Source of the DNA: Mobula hypostoma
Lineage: Eukaryota
Direction of reading: 5' to 3'
DNA: 64,000 nt
Assembly: GCF_963921235.1 (NCBI RefSeq)
Contig: NC_086100.1
Location: forward strand, 166,346,001 to 166,410,000
Shown here: in pieces, positions 50,432-63,655 of the stretch
Layout: the number at the start of each line of letters is the position of its first letter
Numbering within the stretch: position 1 is the first letter of the stretch
The notes under the pieces: model-generated
What the model saw: only the letters and a program-made list of their open reading frames with translations
Told to the model about the DNA's origin: nothing
Databases searched by the model: none
Program-made: the position numbers and the translations under genes

Positions 50432-52109
50432 AACATCTGCAGTCTCTTGTTTTTACTGTTTTTACTTCTGTTCCTTACCTGAGAAATTGCTGACCTAAAT
50501 CTCAAAGTAATCTACAATTCCAGTATCTTTCCTGCTACTAATCTCTTAACCAAATGTCTTGAGGTTTAGAAGGGCAGAGTGCTGAGCCACAATTATGGAG
50601 CAAACCTCAGTTCATTCAACTCCATTTGTCAGAAGCGAACTCAGATCACTAGGCCGTGCTGTGGCACAGTGGAGGCTAAAGAAACTCACAACACTCTGGC
50701 CCACGGTGCCCTCAGAGGCCAAAAACAGAGCAGGGTGAAATGAACAGCTCAGCTGAGTCTAGCCCTGCAGATGCTTACGCAGGTACATTTTAAACATGGT
50801 GTGGTTCCTGGCTCCCCCCACTGCCCCTTCTATAGTAGATTTAGGAGTTCACCACTGACGTGGCCAAAGTGAAACAAGCCGTTCTACAGTCTCTAGGTGG
50901 ATCCTGAAACAATGGAACATTCCAATGCAACAGTGAAATTTCTGGTTAGAAGAAGCTTAGAAAATTATGGCCAGCAGCTAAGCCTTTCAGTAGCTCCAGG
51001 AGGAAACCACTGAGGTGTTTCTATGCAACTGTCTACTAACTTCACAATACATTTTTTAAAAATTGTATACCCTGCCCCCCCCCACCCTACCATTTTTAGC
51101 TGAGCCTCTGCCTCTGGTGTTTTTACCCCTTCGTCCAAAATATATACATCTACTTCAGGCCCTGGAGCGCAGTACAGATTTTCCTTCAATGCTTATTTAC
51201 ATTTAAACAGCTTACTGTTAAGTTGGTAGCCTCCTACCTGATGGCATAAACATCGATTTCTCTAACCTTCAGTAATTCATCCCTCTCCTTCCCCATTCTC
51301 TTTTTTTCCAATCCCTGCCCTGACTCCCCTCTTGGCCCTTCTTTTCTGCTCTTAATTCACAGAGATCCTTCCTGCCTTTATTTTAAGCCTTGCAATTAGT
51401 GACCTCAGCTTTCCAATGGTTAGCACTAAGAGGCAAGATATATTAAAGCTTGATACGGGCATCATCACTGTGTCAGCATGAAGAACTGCCTCCTCTGAGA
51501 TTGTACTCATGAACAACAGCACAGATCAGCCACCTACAACAGCAGTTTACTTAAGACAACACTATGTATTGATCCTGCCTCCAAACACCTCTCCATCAAC
51601 TGGACACACTTGGTCTGATAGTTCTGATCTTGTCAAACTGCTGCAAAGCAAAGGAGGTTTACTGCAGTCATGGCTGCATCACATTCCTTGCTGCAGAACA
51701 TGCTGCTTGATATTCTGTACAATAGCTCTGTATTCTGCATGGACTGCTGATTTATAGAGTCATTGATACAGCAGCGAAACAGGCTCCTCATTGCACAGGT
51801 CTGCAACGACAACAGTTCGGCAAACCAGCCTCCCCTCCGCTGACTCTAGCTAGATTTCCTGCTGCCTCAAGAGAGTAACCAACATAATCAAGGAGCCCCC
51901 ACCATCCCAGTCACACTCACCTCTCCCCCTTCCCATCCAGCAAAAGGTACAACACACTCGCCACACTCACTGTTACAGGACCCTTCAAGATCTCTTGTAA
52001 GATAGAGACGAACACTTGACCTCACAATTTACCTCATCTTGAATAAGTCTCCATGAAGAAGTGGAACATCCCTACCAACTCCTGGGAATCTCTCTGGCCA
52101 ACAGTCCTG

Positions 52110-52400
52110 TAGAGCTGCAGCCACACAGCTCCAGTGAGCCTGGTTCAACCCTAACTGTCTGTGTGGAGTTTGCACGCCGTCTTTGTGACTGGGGGTTCTG
52201 ACTCCCTTCAAGTGCTCCACTTCCTCCCACTTCCCAATCACACATGGGTTGGTAGGTTAACTGGCCACTGGGAATTCTGGAATTAGAGAGGGGAGGGGAT
52301 AAGCAAAGTGGATATAATGGTAATTTTAAACGGGATTAATTGAAGCTTATTGTAAATAGTGCAAACTAGATGGGCTGAAGGGCCTGTTTTCATGACATTT
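52110..52400 (+). mobile_element. V-SINE (another copy at ~54290-54450)
   Basis: ggttcaaccc B box; ctgtgtggagtttgcac V-core. Confidence 0.7.
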
Positions 52401-52819
52401 GTCTCTGGCTATTTCTGACTGAGGTGGAGAAGGAGAATGCACAATGGTATGGAGGAAGAAGTCTCTTCATTGAGAGCACACAAAGGACCTGCCTCAGTGG
52501 TGGAAAGTGTCCACCTGATAATTGCCTTTCCCTTGGTACTACCTCGATATCCTCATGTTTGAAAAGATCTGTCTGGGTGGCATGCAAACAAAAGCTTTTC
52601 AGTGCATGTTAGTATGTTAGCCTTTCAATGTATGTCAGTACATTTGACAATAATAAACCAACTCCAAATGCAAATATCTGCCCACAGCATCATTCATCTC
52701 CTGCTTCATCATGTAGACTCTGTCCTTCCCACATCAGCTTCATCAGAACAAGCAAGGCATCCTCAAGCAGATGCTTTATAACCAACAGCATCTTTTTGTG
52801 GTGTGGAAAATTACTTAAA

Positions 52820-53870
52820 TGTAGATCATGTACACCTCTTCTGCTTGTCTCTTGCCAAATTAAACTAAATCTCTTCTCCCTGTATATTATCCATACCCCT
52901 CCATTCCCTACACATTCACATATCTATCTAAAAGCCTCTGAAATACCACTGTCATATCTGCTTCTACGCAGAGTCATAGAAAGGTAAAGGACCCTTTCAC
53001 CCACCTAGTCTCCACCTACCATCAATCAGCCATTTGAATTGCAGCAAAGGCAATGGGCTAAATGGCTCACTCCTGCTTCTGTTAACATGGAATGTACAAC
53101 AGTACAAAAAAGGAACAGGCCCTTTGGCCCAACATGTCTGTGCTAAATATGATGTCGAGTTAAGCTAAATCTCCTCTGCCTGTATATGATCTATCTATGT
53201 TTATCCCTCCATTCCCTGCATATTCATGTGTCTAAAAACCTCTGAAACACCACAATCAAATCGAAACACAAGAGATTCTGCAGATGTTGTGTTAGATAGG
53301 ATCCATAAGACCGTAAGACACAGGAAAAGAATTACACCATTCGACCCCTCAATTCTGCTCCATCATTCCAACATGGTTGATTTATTGTCCCTGTCAACCC
53401 CATTCTCCTGCCTTCTCCTTGTAACCTTTGACACCCTTACTTATCAACAATCTACCAAGCTCCACTTTAAACTTACCCAATGACTTGGCTTCCATAGTCG
53501 CAATGTGGCAATGAATTCCCGAGAATCCCCACCCTCTGGCTAAACAAATCCCTCTTCATCTCTGTCTAAAGGGACGTCCTTGTACTGAGGCTGTGTCCTC
53601 TGGTCCTAGCCTCCCCCACTATAGCAAACATCTTAACAACATCTGCTGTATCTAGGCCTTTCAATATTCGCTAGGTTTCAAAGAGATTCCCCACCCACCT
53701 TCTTTGAGAACAGTCCCAGAGCCATCAAATGCTCCTCCTATGTTAACCCTTTCACTCCCAGGACCATTCTTGTGAACCTCTTTTGGACTCTCTCCAATGC
53801 CAGCACATCCATTTTTCAAAAAACACTGTTCGCAATACTCCAAGTGCAGTCCAACCAATGCTTTATCAGA
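52820..53870 (-). mobile_element. Cluster of CR1 3' fragments
   Basis: LHLEYCEQ motif; repeated CR1 3' UTRs. Confidence 0.75.
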
Positions 53871-54619
53871 GTTGCAACCATGAGAGGAGATGAAGTTATA
53901 GACTATTCAAACAAATATTGCTCCCTCTATCTTATGCTGAAACTCAAGCTTAACCCCTGTGCTGAAGCATTGGGAGTGGCAGACGGACCCACAGCGTGAC
54001 TCAGGCAAGAATGCTGCCCACTGAGCCAATATGTTAAACTTAGGACAGTACAGCTCACGTTACAAAGAATTAAACTTGTGTTCCATCAAGCGAAGATGAC
54101 TGGGTGATCATTTAATTAGTTGCTCAAGATGATTAAAGGGTTTTCTCTGGTCAACAAAGCTGTACAACCTACAAACTGGAACCAAACCGTTCAATGGTAA
54201 TCCAAAATTCCCATACTAAAAATACGCTGGACTTCCATTGAAAAATGACAGCACTGAGGTTGCAAACCTTTACTGGGCAAGGATTTACAGGAGCACAACT
54301 AGCTGACAGGGTCGCTGTCTCACAGAGCCAGAGACTGAGGTTCAATCCTTATTTCGGGTTCTGAATGAGTTCACTTTGCACTTTTCACCCTGTGGGTTTT
54401 CCCCAGGTACTTTGGTGTCCTCCCACATCCCAAAAATGAGCCGCCTTGGCAGCTCACAATCAGGTTTATTATGTTGCGACATTTGCTGCTTTGCCACAGC
54501 GGTGCCGTGCAAGCCATAAAAATTACTGTGAGACACAAATATAAAGAGTGCAAAGAAGGAATAAAGGGGGAGTGCTCATGTGCTGCTCAGAATTGTGATG
54601 GGGAGGGCAAGAAGCTGTC

Positions 54620-55030
54620 CCTAAAATACCAGTTCCCCTCTCACACCTTCTGTTCTCCTAACCTGCCCATAACCTCCTTTGAGTTCCTTGCCTCCTTCCC
54701 TTTCTTCCGTGGCCCACTGTTCTCTCTCATCAGATTCTGTCATTTTCAGCCCCTTACCCCTTCCACCCATCACTTCCCAGCTTCTTACTTCATTCCCCTC
54801 GCCACAACCTTCCTCCACAGCTGGTCTCCCCATCAGCAGCTTGTACTCCTACCCCTGCCCCACCTCTTTATTCTGGCTTCTGCCTCCGTCCCTTCCAAGT
54901 CCTGATGGAGAGTATCAGCCTAAACCATCTGCTAATTATTCCGCTCCATTGCTCCAGCACGACTTGCTGAATTCCTCCTGCATTTTTGTGTGTGTTGCTC
55001 AAGATTTCCAGCATCTGCAGAACCTGTTGT
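54620..55030 (+). mobile_element. Penelope-like 3' UTR with a decayed hammerhead
   Basis: Pyrimidine-rich UTR; agtcCTGATGGAGAG...; terminus ttgtgtgtgttgctcaagatttccagcatctgcag. Confidence 0.72.
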
Positions 55031-55164
55031 GCTTGAAGCACTGAGTGTAGCTCCTCAGGCTCCTATACCTTCTCCCTAATGTTAGTAACACAAAGAGGTC
55101 CCACCTGGGGTTTAAATTTGAGCTAGTCGCAAAGAAAGCAATGGGAGGAGAACATTTACACAGA

Positions 55165-55612
55165 CATTGCTGGGAATTGGGGACCTGAGTAATAGGGAAC
55201 GGTTGAATAGGTTAGAACTTTACCTACTGGAGAATGAGGGGAGATCTCACAGAGATACACACAATTATGAAGGGTACAGATAGGATGAATGCTTTCAGGC
55301 TTTTTCCCTTCAGGTGGGGTAAGACTAGAACTACAGGTCATAGGTTTAGGGTGAATATTTAAGGGGACTCCAAGGGGGAACTTCTTCTCTCAGAGCTGGT
55401 CCGGGTGTGGAACAAACCGCCAGCAGAAGTGGTAGATGAAAGGTCAATTGTGGCATTTAAGAGAAGTTTGAATAGGTATGCAGATGATAAAGGTATGGAA
55501 GGTTATGGTCTGGGTGTAGACAGATGGGATGAGGCAGAAGACCAGGCTGGCACAGACTAGATGGGCCGAATGAGCTGTTTCTGTGCTGTAGTGTTCTATG
55601 ACACCATGACAT
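55165..55612 (+). mobile_element. CR1 3' portion
   Basis: RMRGDLTEIHTIM and TRTTGHRF motifs; 3' UTR. Confidence 0.8.
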
Positions 55613-56159
55613 TCTGAATCAGTAGGCAAAATTTCTTGTGTAGAAGGCAATTTTTCAACTGGATTTATTAGTGATGTATTAAAGGATATTGTCTCCACTA
55701 CAATGTTATCCTACCAAAAACTTTTATAGCTTCAAATAACTTCAGATTACCACTTCTTGTTCTTCAGAAATGGATTGATGTAGCCACTCTAATTCTAAAT
55801 TTACAAGGCATGCCCTAAATGCCATTTGGTTCTCACTGTACTTTAACCAAGCACTATCAAGTGTTCACAAGCAAACACCTTCTGGAAAGTCCTGAAGAAA
55901 AACCTTGGTCAAACTAACTGACACAAAACATCTCCACCACATCAAAGGCAAACCTCTCACTCCACCGCGCGCGCCCCCCCCCGCCAATGCTTCCTTCTAC
56001 TTAAAGGAAATGGTGAACTGCAAGTGCTATGAAAATACACAGCAATTGTATTTGCATAAGTCTTAATGAGTCAAAAAAAAAGTTTTGCATTATTTTAGAC
56101 ATCTCAAAACGTCTCAAAGCTATCCTTAATTCAGAAATTGTATGGATGGTATCTGGGAT

Positions 56160-56460
56160 ACACAGAATTCTAATTATCCTGGACCTATGTGCTGCCTTCG
56201 ACTCAATTAATCACAACATTCTCATAGATCGCCTTAAGAACTAGATTAGCCCCTCCAGTAGGTACACTTAATTGTTTTCACTCACATATCCTAGAGAGAA
56301 AATTTTTTGTCTGTCTTGGAGACCATTTTTCTAAACAATATGACATACCTTTTGGCATTGCTTAGGGAAGCTGTCTTGGTCCCTTACTCCTTTCCTTATA
56401 CATTTGTTCCTTAGAAGACATCATTAGAGAGCATAAACTTGATAACCACAGTTTTGCAAA
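56160..56460 (+). mobile_element. L2-clade LINE RT fragment
   Basis: ILDLCAAFDSINHNILIDRL; GSCLGPLL. Confidence 0.75.
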
Positions 56461-56669
56461 AGATTGTCATTCCGGCCGCCCAGTCAGCAGTGGGAACAGC
56501 GCACACTGAGGAGGTTTCTTGCAGATCAACTGCGCTCTTTGAAAAGGAGAGCTTAGTGGGCATTCAGAGTCATTCCAGCTGCCAAACCAGAGGCAGGGGC
56601 GGCATACGGTGAGGTTTCTCACACGTCGGCAAGAACAGCGCGGAGAAGAGTAAGTAGAAGTACAGAATG

Positions 56670-58482
56670 CTCAAGCGGAGCGGCCATTGTTGGGAGTGAG
56701 TCAGTGGTGAGAGTGGGAGCATCCCGGTTTGCCTCAAAAGAGGCTTCAGCTCAGAAAACGAATCAGTTCTGGGTAAGTTGCCTGGGTAACTTTCTGCTAA
56801 GTTTCCCTTTTTTCTTACTGTGTCAGGGATACTTAATGTAAACATAGACATAGAAACATAGAAAACCTGCAGCACAATACAGGCCCTTCGGCCCACAAAC
56901 TGTGCTGAACATGTCCTTACCTTAGAAATTACCTCGGGTTGCCCACAGCCCTCTATTTTTCTGAGCTCCATGTATCTGTCCAGGAGTCTCTTAAAAGACC
57001 CTATTGTATCTGCCTCCACCACTTTGCCGGCAGCCCATTTCACGCATTCACCACTCTCTGCATAAAAAGCTTACCCCTGACATCTCCTCTGTACCTACTT
57101 CCAAGCACCTTCAATCTGTTTAAATGGCTGTTGTGTGTTTCTCATACCGAATGTGGAAACCTGGGAAACCCTACATCTGCGTGAAGTGCATCCAGCTGCT
57201 GCTCCTTGAAGACTGTGTTAAAGATCTGGAGTAACAGCTGGATGAGCTTCATCTTGTACGGGAGAGTGAGGAGATCATCGATCGGAGTTACAGGGAAGTA
57301 GATACCTCCAAGTTGCAGGAGGCGGGTAGCTGGGTGACTGTCAGAAGAAAAAATGGAAATATGAACAGGCAGTTAGCACAGAGCACCCCTATGGCTATTC
57401 CCCTCAATAATAAGTATACTGTTTTGGATACTGTTGTGGGGGATGATGTCCCAGGAGAATGCCACAGAGACCAGGTTACTGGCACTAAGCATAGGCTCGT
57501 GGTGCAGAAGGGAAAGGGGAAGAAGGGGGGAGTGGTAGTGATAGAGGAGTCAATAGTCAGAGGAACAGACATGAGATTCTGTGGATGTGAACATGACACC
57601 CAGATGGTATGTTGCCTCCCAGGTGCCAGGGTCAGGGACATCTCGGATCGCATCCCCATCACTTTGGGGAGGGAGGGAGAGTAGCCAGGTGTCTTGGTAC
57701 ATATTGGTACCAGTGACAGAGGAAAGAAAAGCAATGAGGTCCTGAAGAGAGAGTTTAGAGAGCTAGGCAGAATATTGAGAAGCAGGACCTCCAGGGTAGT
57801 AATTTCTGGATTGCTACCTGTGCCATGTGCCAGTGAGGGTAGAAACAGGATGATTTGGCAGATAAATGCGTGGCTGAGAAGCTGGTGCAGGGGGCAGGGC
57901 TTCAGGTTCTTGGATCATTGGGATCTCTTCTGGGGGAGGAATGAGTGGTACAAAAGGGACAGATTGCATCTGAACCCAACAGGGACCAATATTCTCGTGG
58001 GCAGGTTTGTTGGAGTTGTTGGGGAGGGTTTAAACTTATTTGACAGGGGATTGAGAACCAGAGTGAAGGGACTCAGGATAGCACATATGGTAAAAAAGCA
58101 AAGGTAGCATGTAGTCAGACTGTCAAGAGAGCAGGTAGATGATAGGACAAAATTGGAGCCAGCAGGGTGAGTATCAGTGCATTACGGATACAGAATCAAA
58201 AAGGTGGCAAACATAATACTCAAAATGTTGTATCTTAATGCACAGAGTTTAAGAAATAAAGCGAATGATCTTGTTGCACTTTTACAGATTGTTGGGTATG
58301 ACATTGTTATTTGTGGCCATCACTGAATCGTGGCTGAAGGATGGTTGTATTTGGGAGCTGAATATCGAAGATTACACATTATATCGGAAGGATAGGAAGG
58401 TCGGCAAAGGGAGTTGCATGGCTCTGCTGGTAAAGAATGGCATCAAATCATTACAAAGATGTGACATAGGATCGGAAGATGT
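56670..58482 (+). mobile_element. CR1 LINE 5' region: ORF1 (zinc finger plus SGNH esterase) and the start of ORF2 APE; interrupted by a minus-strand CR1 3' end at ~56845-57110
   Basis: WVTVRR..PLNNKY, ESIVRG..CCLPGARVRDI, VHIGTSD, LHLNPTG; YLNAQSLRNK, AITESWL. Confidence 0.9.
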
Positions 58483-58599
58483 TGACAATTCCTTTTCCTC
58501 CACAGATACTACAGATACTGTCTGACTCGCTGAACTCCTCCAACAGATTGTTTGTTGCTCTGGGATTTCAGCATCTGCAGTATCGTTTCTACACCCAAC

Positions 58600-59028
58600 A
58601 CCTCAGCCCCAATTTCGTGCTTTCTCCCCATTTCCTATTATGCCCTGACTAATCAAGAATTTATCATCCTCTGCCTTAAATATACCCAATGACTTGGCCT
58701 CCATTGCCACCTGTGGCAACAGATTCCATAGATTCACCACTCTCTGGCTAAAGAAATTTCTCCTCATCTCGGTTCTAAAAGGACACCGCTCTATTCTGAG
58801 GCTGTGCCCTCTGGTCTTAGACTTTCCCGCCATAGGAAACATCCACTCCACATCCACTCTATTCAGGCCTTTCAAATTCAATAGGTTTCAATGAGATCCA
58901 CCCCTCATTCTTCTAAATTCCAGTGAACACAGCCCCAGAGCCATCAAACGCTCCTCATATGATAAGCCTCTTAATCCTGAATCATTTTCATGAACCTCCT
59001 TTGAACCCTCTCCAATGTCAGCACAAGC
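58600..59028 (-). mobile_element. CR1 3' portion
   Basis: KTRGHSLRI..RTEMRRNFFSQRVVNLWN. Confidence 0.88.
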
Positions 59029-59152
59029 TCCCACTACCTAAAAGTGCTCCTCACGGCAAGCGCCTCAAATAGCCTCTGACAACTCAGTCCAACTCCTGAC
59101 CTTCTCGTGTGGCTTAGCCTCTAAGCCCAGCAGAACTGTTTCTACTGACAGA

Positions 59153-59194
59153 TACATGTATGCATAGATATTCTTGTATCTATGCATACATGTA
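59153..59194. repeat. Perfect 18-bp inverted repeat with a 6-nt loop
   Basis: tacatgtatgcatagata-ttcttg-tatctatgcatacatgta. Confidence 0.93.
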
Positions 59195-60449
59195 CTTGTG
59201 TACATGACAGTAAACTCAACTTTGACCTCCATTCAGTGAAGTCAGGTCACTCAGGCAAATCCAATTGTGCATCTCATATTGATCTGAAACAAAAAAAACT
59301 TGGTGATATTTTTACACCTCATCCAACAGTACGGCTCTCCACTGGTACCCTCTGGAATGTTAGCCCAAACACTTGTGCTCGAAGATGTGGAATGAGACTT
59401 GAACCAGCATAACTGTGATTCATGGCTAAAAAACTGAACGAGCTGACATAACCAAGATCATATAAAAGGATGAGTCATGTACATACAACAGAAAAATAGT
59501 GTTCCTGCAAAGACTGCTGCAAATACAGGGAAAGAAAGGCAAGGAAATTCCTCAACTCTGCAGCTTTAAGCAGATCTGTTTTAAATTGTTTTTCCCAAAG
59601 TATTCCCATAGGCTCAATCCACAATAAACTTAACTTCAACTTTACAAACATCGTTAGAGTCAAGAAATTATGCCAAAACTAAACAGAACAAAAATCCAGT
59701 CCCTGAGGAGGTTGGCTCTCTGATTTGGACTGAAGGACACGAAGGAATTCACGTCAGTTTGAGATGGTTTCAGAGATTGTTCTCTTTAAGGGCGGATTTG
59801 AGTAAACTGACAAAACTCATGAGGATTCAGATAGAGTAAATAAGGAGACCACTTTGGTGGGTTCAGAATCCCTTAGGCACACATGATAGATTATGGCCAA
59901 AGAAATCAGAGTGAAACTATGAGACAATGGAGCAGATTTAAGCCCCTCGGCCCATTGACTCTGCTCCACCATTTGAACATAGCTGAACCATTTCCCTTTC
60001 AATCCCAAACAAGGTATAAAAGGGGTTACAACCGCCTTGCTCCAAGATAAAAGGCTACCAACTAAGGGATAGGAGGCAATCCCAGTATGATGTGGGATAC
60101 AGGTTCAATGGTGGCCTTCATTTAGGATAGGGATGACTAAAGTCAGAATGACTTCATGTAAATGAGGAAAAAGGAGAGGGAGATGGATTGGATCACTCTT
60201 TGGAAAAGCTAGTACAAACTCAATAGGCCAGATGACTTCCTTCTACATCATAATATCCTAGTGATTCCAAAATTCATGGGATATACATAGCAATAATCCC
60301 TGTTTGTTTAGTATTCTCATGTAATCTGCAAAGCTTTCTAGGAATGTTACGCAATTTTATAACAAATTTTCAAAAAAATAACTTTGAATTTGGTGTTCCA
60401 GGTTGCAATGTGATTTTATTCACAATGCAGTCTCCCATCAGTGTATATA

Positions 60450-60935
60450 AGAAATTGAAACAGGCCCTTCAGCTCATCAAGTCTGTGCCAAGTATCAAAC
60501 AACCATCTACACTACTACATAAATCTCACTTTTATTCTCGCCCCATTTCAACCAATTATACCACTTGCCTTGGAGCGGCACATTAGCTACTACAGTGTCA
60601 GCGACTCATATTCAATTCCACCACTGTCTGTAAGGAGTTTGTACATTCTCCCTGTGGCCACATGTTTCTTCCAGGTTCTTCTGTCTCCTTCCATGTTCTA
60701 AACACCTACTGGTTAATAGGGTAAGTGATCATGTGGGTATAAATGGGCAGCAAAGTCTTGTTAGGCTGGAAGGCTATCTCTAAATAAAATACACACCCCA
60801 GGCCAATTAACCTACCAACCTATATGTCTTTGAGATGTGGAAGGGTATCAGACCACCCAGAGGAAACTTACACAGTCTAAGGGAGAATTGAAGACTCACA
60901 GACAGCACCAGTCGTGAGGACTGAACCAGGGCCTC
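60450..60935. mobile_element. Nested SINEs: a + strand V-SINE (~60572-60790) inside a minus-strand SINE
   Basis: V-cores on both strands. Confidence 0.6.
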
Positions 60936-61470
60936 TTGCTATTAGACTTGCATTAAACTCAACAGTGCAGAGGCTCTGTTGAAGTGATGGCAGTCACCAC
61001 TAACCTCGCAGAAAACTCCCCACATTGGTGTAGTCATCTCTGTGGTGAGAACTTCCCCTTTTCCCATGCCTTATGTTATAACCTTCAGTTCAAAGGGACC
61101 ACTGGCACGCTGTAGCTTTGAAACCACTAAACTAACAGGTCAGCAACTTGTATTAATGAATTCTCAGACAGCATTGTAGGATGCAATTTTACATAATATA
61201 CAGTCTTAAAATAAGCCCCAAAATAAATGCATACAATGAGACGAGCTGTATAATAAATTAGCTGGATGAAAGATGAAAAGCTCCACATAAATTTGAAGTC
61301 ATAGTCAAATATACTGTCATATGTACAAATACATGTAGGGACAGATGTAATGAAAAACTCATCTGCAGCAGCATCACGGGCACAGCATCAGATAAGTGGC
61401 ATTCACGAGAAAACAAACTAAATATAAATTATACACAAAGAGAAGATCTGCAGATGCTGGAAATCCAAGC

Positions 61471-61472
<2 letters not shown>

Positions 61473-61520
<48 letters not shown>
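61473..61520. repeat. (CA)24 microsatellite
   Basis: Direct reading. Confidence 0.97.
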
Positions 61521-61522
<2 letters not shown>

Positions 61523-61661
61523 GCTGAAGGAATTCAGCAGGCCAGGCAGCATCTATGAAAAAAGAGTAAACAGTCGATGTTTTGGGCCCAGACTCTTCTT
61601 CATCAGGACTGGGAAAAAAAGATGAGGAGTCAGAGTAAGAGAGTGTGGGGAGGGTAGGAAG

Positions 61662-62041
61662 AGTGGTGCGGACAGCCCAGTGCTTCTGTCGATGTGAACT
61701 TACAATTCAGGACATGTACAGTGACAGGTGTGTAAAAAGGACGCCAAGGATCATTGGGGACCCAAGTCACCCCAACCACAAACTGTTCCACCTGCTACCA
61801 TCCAGGACACAGTAGCGCAGCATAAGGACCAGAACCAATAGGCTCCGGGACAGCTTCTTCCACCAGGCCATCAGACTGATTAACTCACACTGATACAATT
61901 GTATTTCTATGTTATATTGACTATCATGTGGTAATACTATTTATAAGTTACTGTAAATTGCACATTTAGATGGAGAAGTAACATAAAGATTTTTATTCTT
62001 CATGTGTATGAGGGATGTAAGTAATAAAGTCAATTCAATTC
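61662..62041 (+). mobile_element. Rex1/Babar 3' end, same subfamily as 49170-50431
   Basis: Closely similar to 50045-50431; (caatt)n tail. Confidence 0.87.
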
Positions 62042-63159
62042 AAGAAACACAAGGTGATAGGTGAAACCGGGAAGAGAGGGAAGGGGTGAAATAAAGAGCT
62101 GGGAAGTTGATTAGTGAAAGAGATACAAGACTGGAGAAGGGGGAATATGATAGGAGGGGACAGAAGGCCATGGAAGAAAGAAAAGGGGAAGGAGCACCAG
62201 CGGGAGGTGATAGCCAGATAAGGAGATAAGGTAAAAGAGGGAAAAGGAGATGGGGAATTGTGAAGTGAGGGGAGCATTACTGGAAGTTTGAGAAACCAAT
62301 GTTCATGCCATCAGGTTGGAGGCTACTTAGCAGAATGTAAGGTGTTGCTCCTCCAACCCGACTGTGGCCTCATCGCGACAGTAGAGGAGGCCATAGACTG
62401 GCATGTCAGAATGGGAATGGGAAGTAGAAATAAAATGGGTGGCCACTGGGATATCCTGCTTTTTTTGGTGGTTGGAGCATAGGTACTCAGTGAAGTGGTC
62501 TCCCAATCCGCGGAGGGTCTCAGCGATGTACAGGATACCGCACTGGGAGCATTGGATACAATAGATCAGTGGGGAGAGATGAATGGACAAGGGAGTCTCA
62601 TAGGGAGCAATCCCTACGGAAAGCAGAAAGTGGGGTGAGGGAAAGTTGTGTTTGGTGGTGAGATCCCAGTGAAGATGGCATATAAATAAACTTTATATTT
62701 TTTTAAACAAGAAAGAACACAATTAAAAATTGATCTGAAGGAATTATTAATAACTGATATAAATTTTTAGGATTGGATAATTGGGTGAATAGTAATTACC
62801 ACATGACATTTTACAAAAGACTTACTCCATGTAAAAAGACGGTCACAAAAGCAACTTTGGGATTCCTAAGTTATGCATACACAAGCATCACAAAGTTTCG
62901 CAGTCTAATTACAGAGAACATGAGCAGTTTCACATTTATCTCTTGCATAATCCTAAAGAATGATACCACAGCTTACAGCTACATTGAGCCTTTAACTCAG
63001 TAAAGTGTTCAATGGCACTTCGTAGAAGTATTTATTTTAACAAATTATGATACCAAACTACACAAGGATACATTAATATATACAGCCAAAAGCTTGGATT
63101 ACCCAAAGATGAATATTTTAAGGAATTAAATGTATGTAGATTAAGAAGCAACAAGTAGG

Positions 63160-63655
63160 GACTCAACACTGTTCTACGTGGTCTAATGCAAGTTCAAGGA
63201 ACAATACCTCATCTTTCTACTAGGCGCGTTGCAGTCTTTCAGACTCAATACTGAATTCAACAATTTCTGATAACTTGTTTTTTCTGTTTGAAAGGGAGCT
63301 GACTAGATCTGTTGTAGGCCATCCACATGCAACATTGGGTCAACTATTCTCTCTTCACTGCTAAGGCCGGACGAGTGGGCCATTCCGAGAGCTCTGCATT
63401 TAATAGCTTTCACACTTATTTTGCTCTCACACTACCTGCTCTTTCAACTTGTCAATGAGATGGCTTCATCGGCATCTTTTCACCAGAGCAACTCTGGCCC
63501 CATCTTATGAAGTATTCTTGTCCTCTCCATCCTTCCCACCCTCTCTGCATCTTAAAACCAGCTTGTTTTCGTCTTTCCCAGTTCTGACAAAGGATCATCA
63601 AACTGAAATGGCAAATCTTTTTTTCTTTCTGCTGATGCTGCCCGACTTGTTGGGC
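63160..63655 (+). mobile_element. Old Penelope-like 3' remnant
   Basis: KEQYLIFLLGALQSFRLNTEFNNF* end; decayed hammerhead cagttCTGACAA...GAAAT. Confidence 0.65.

Larger units (their letters stand above)
61440..62690 (-). mobile_element. Penelope-like element (GIY-YIG domain, 3' UTR, decayed hammerhead) interrupted by a Rex fragment
   Basis: LIYCIQCSQCGILYIAETLRGLGDHFTEY..PVATHF..EEQHLTF; CAGTC-CTGATGA...AAAAC-ATC-GACTG at 61571-61611. Confidence 0.87.
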
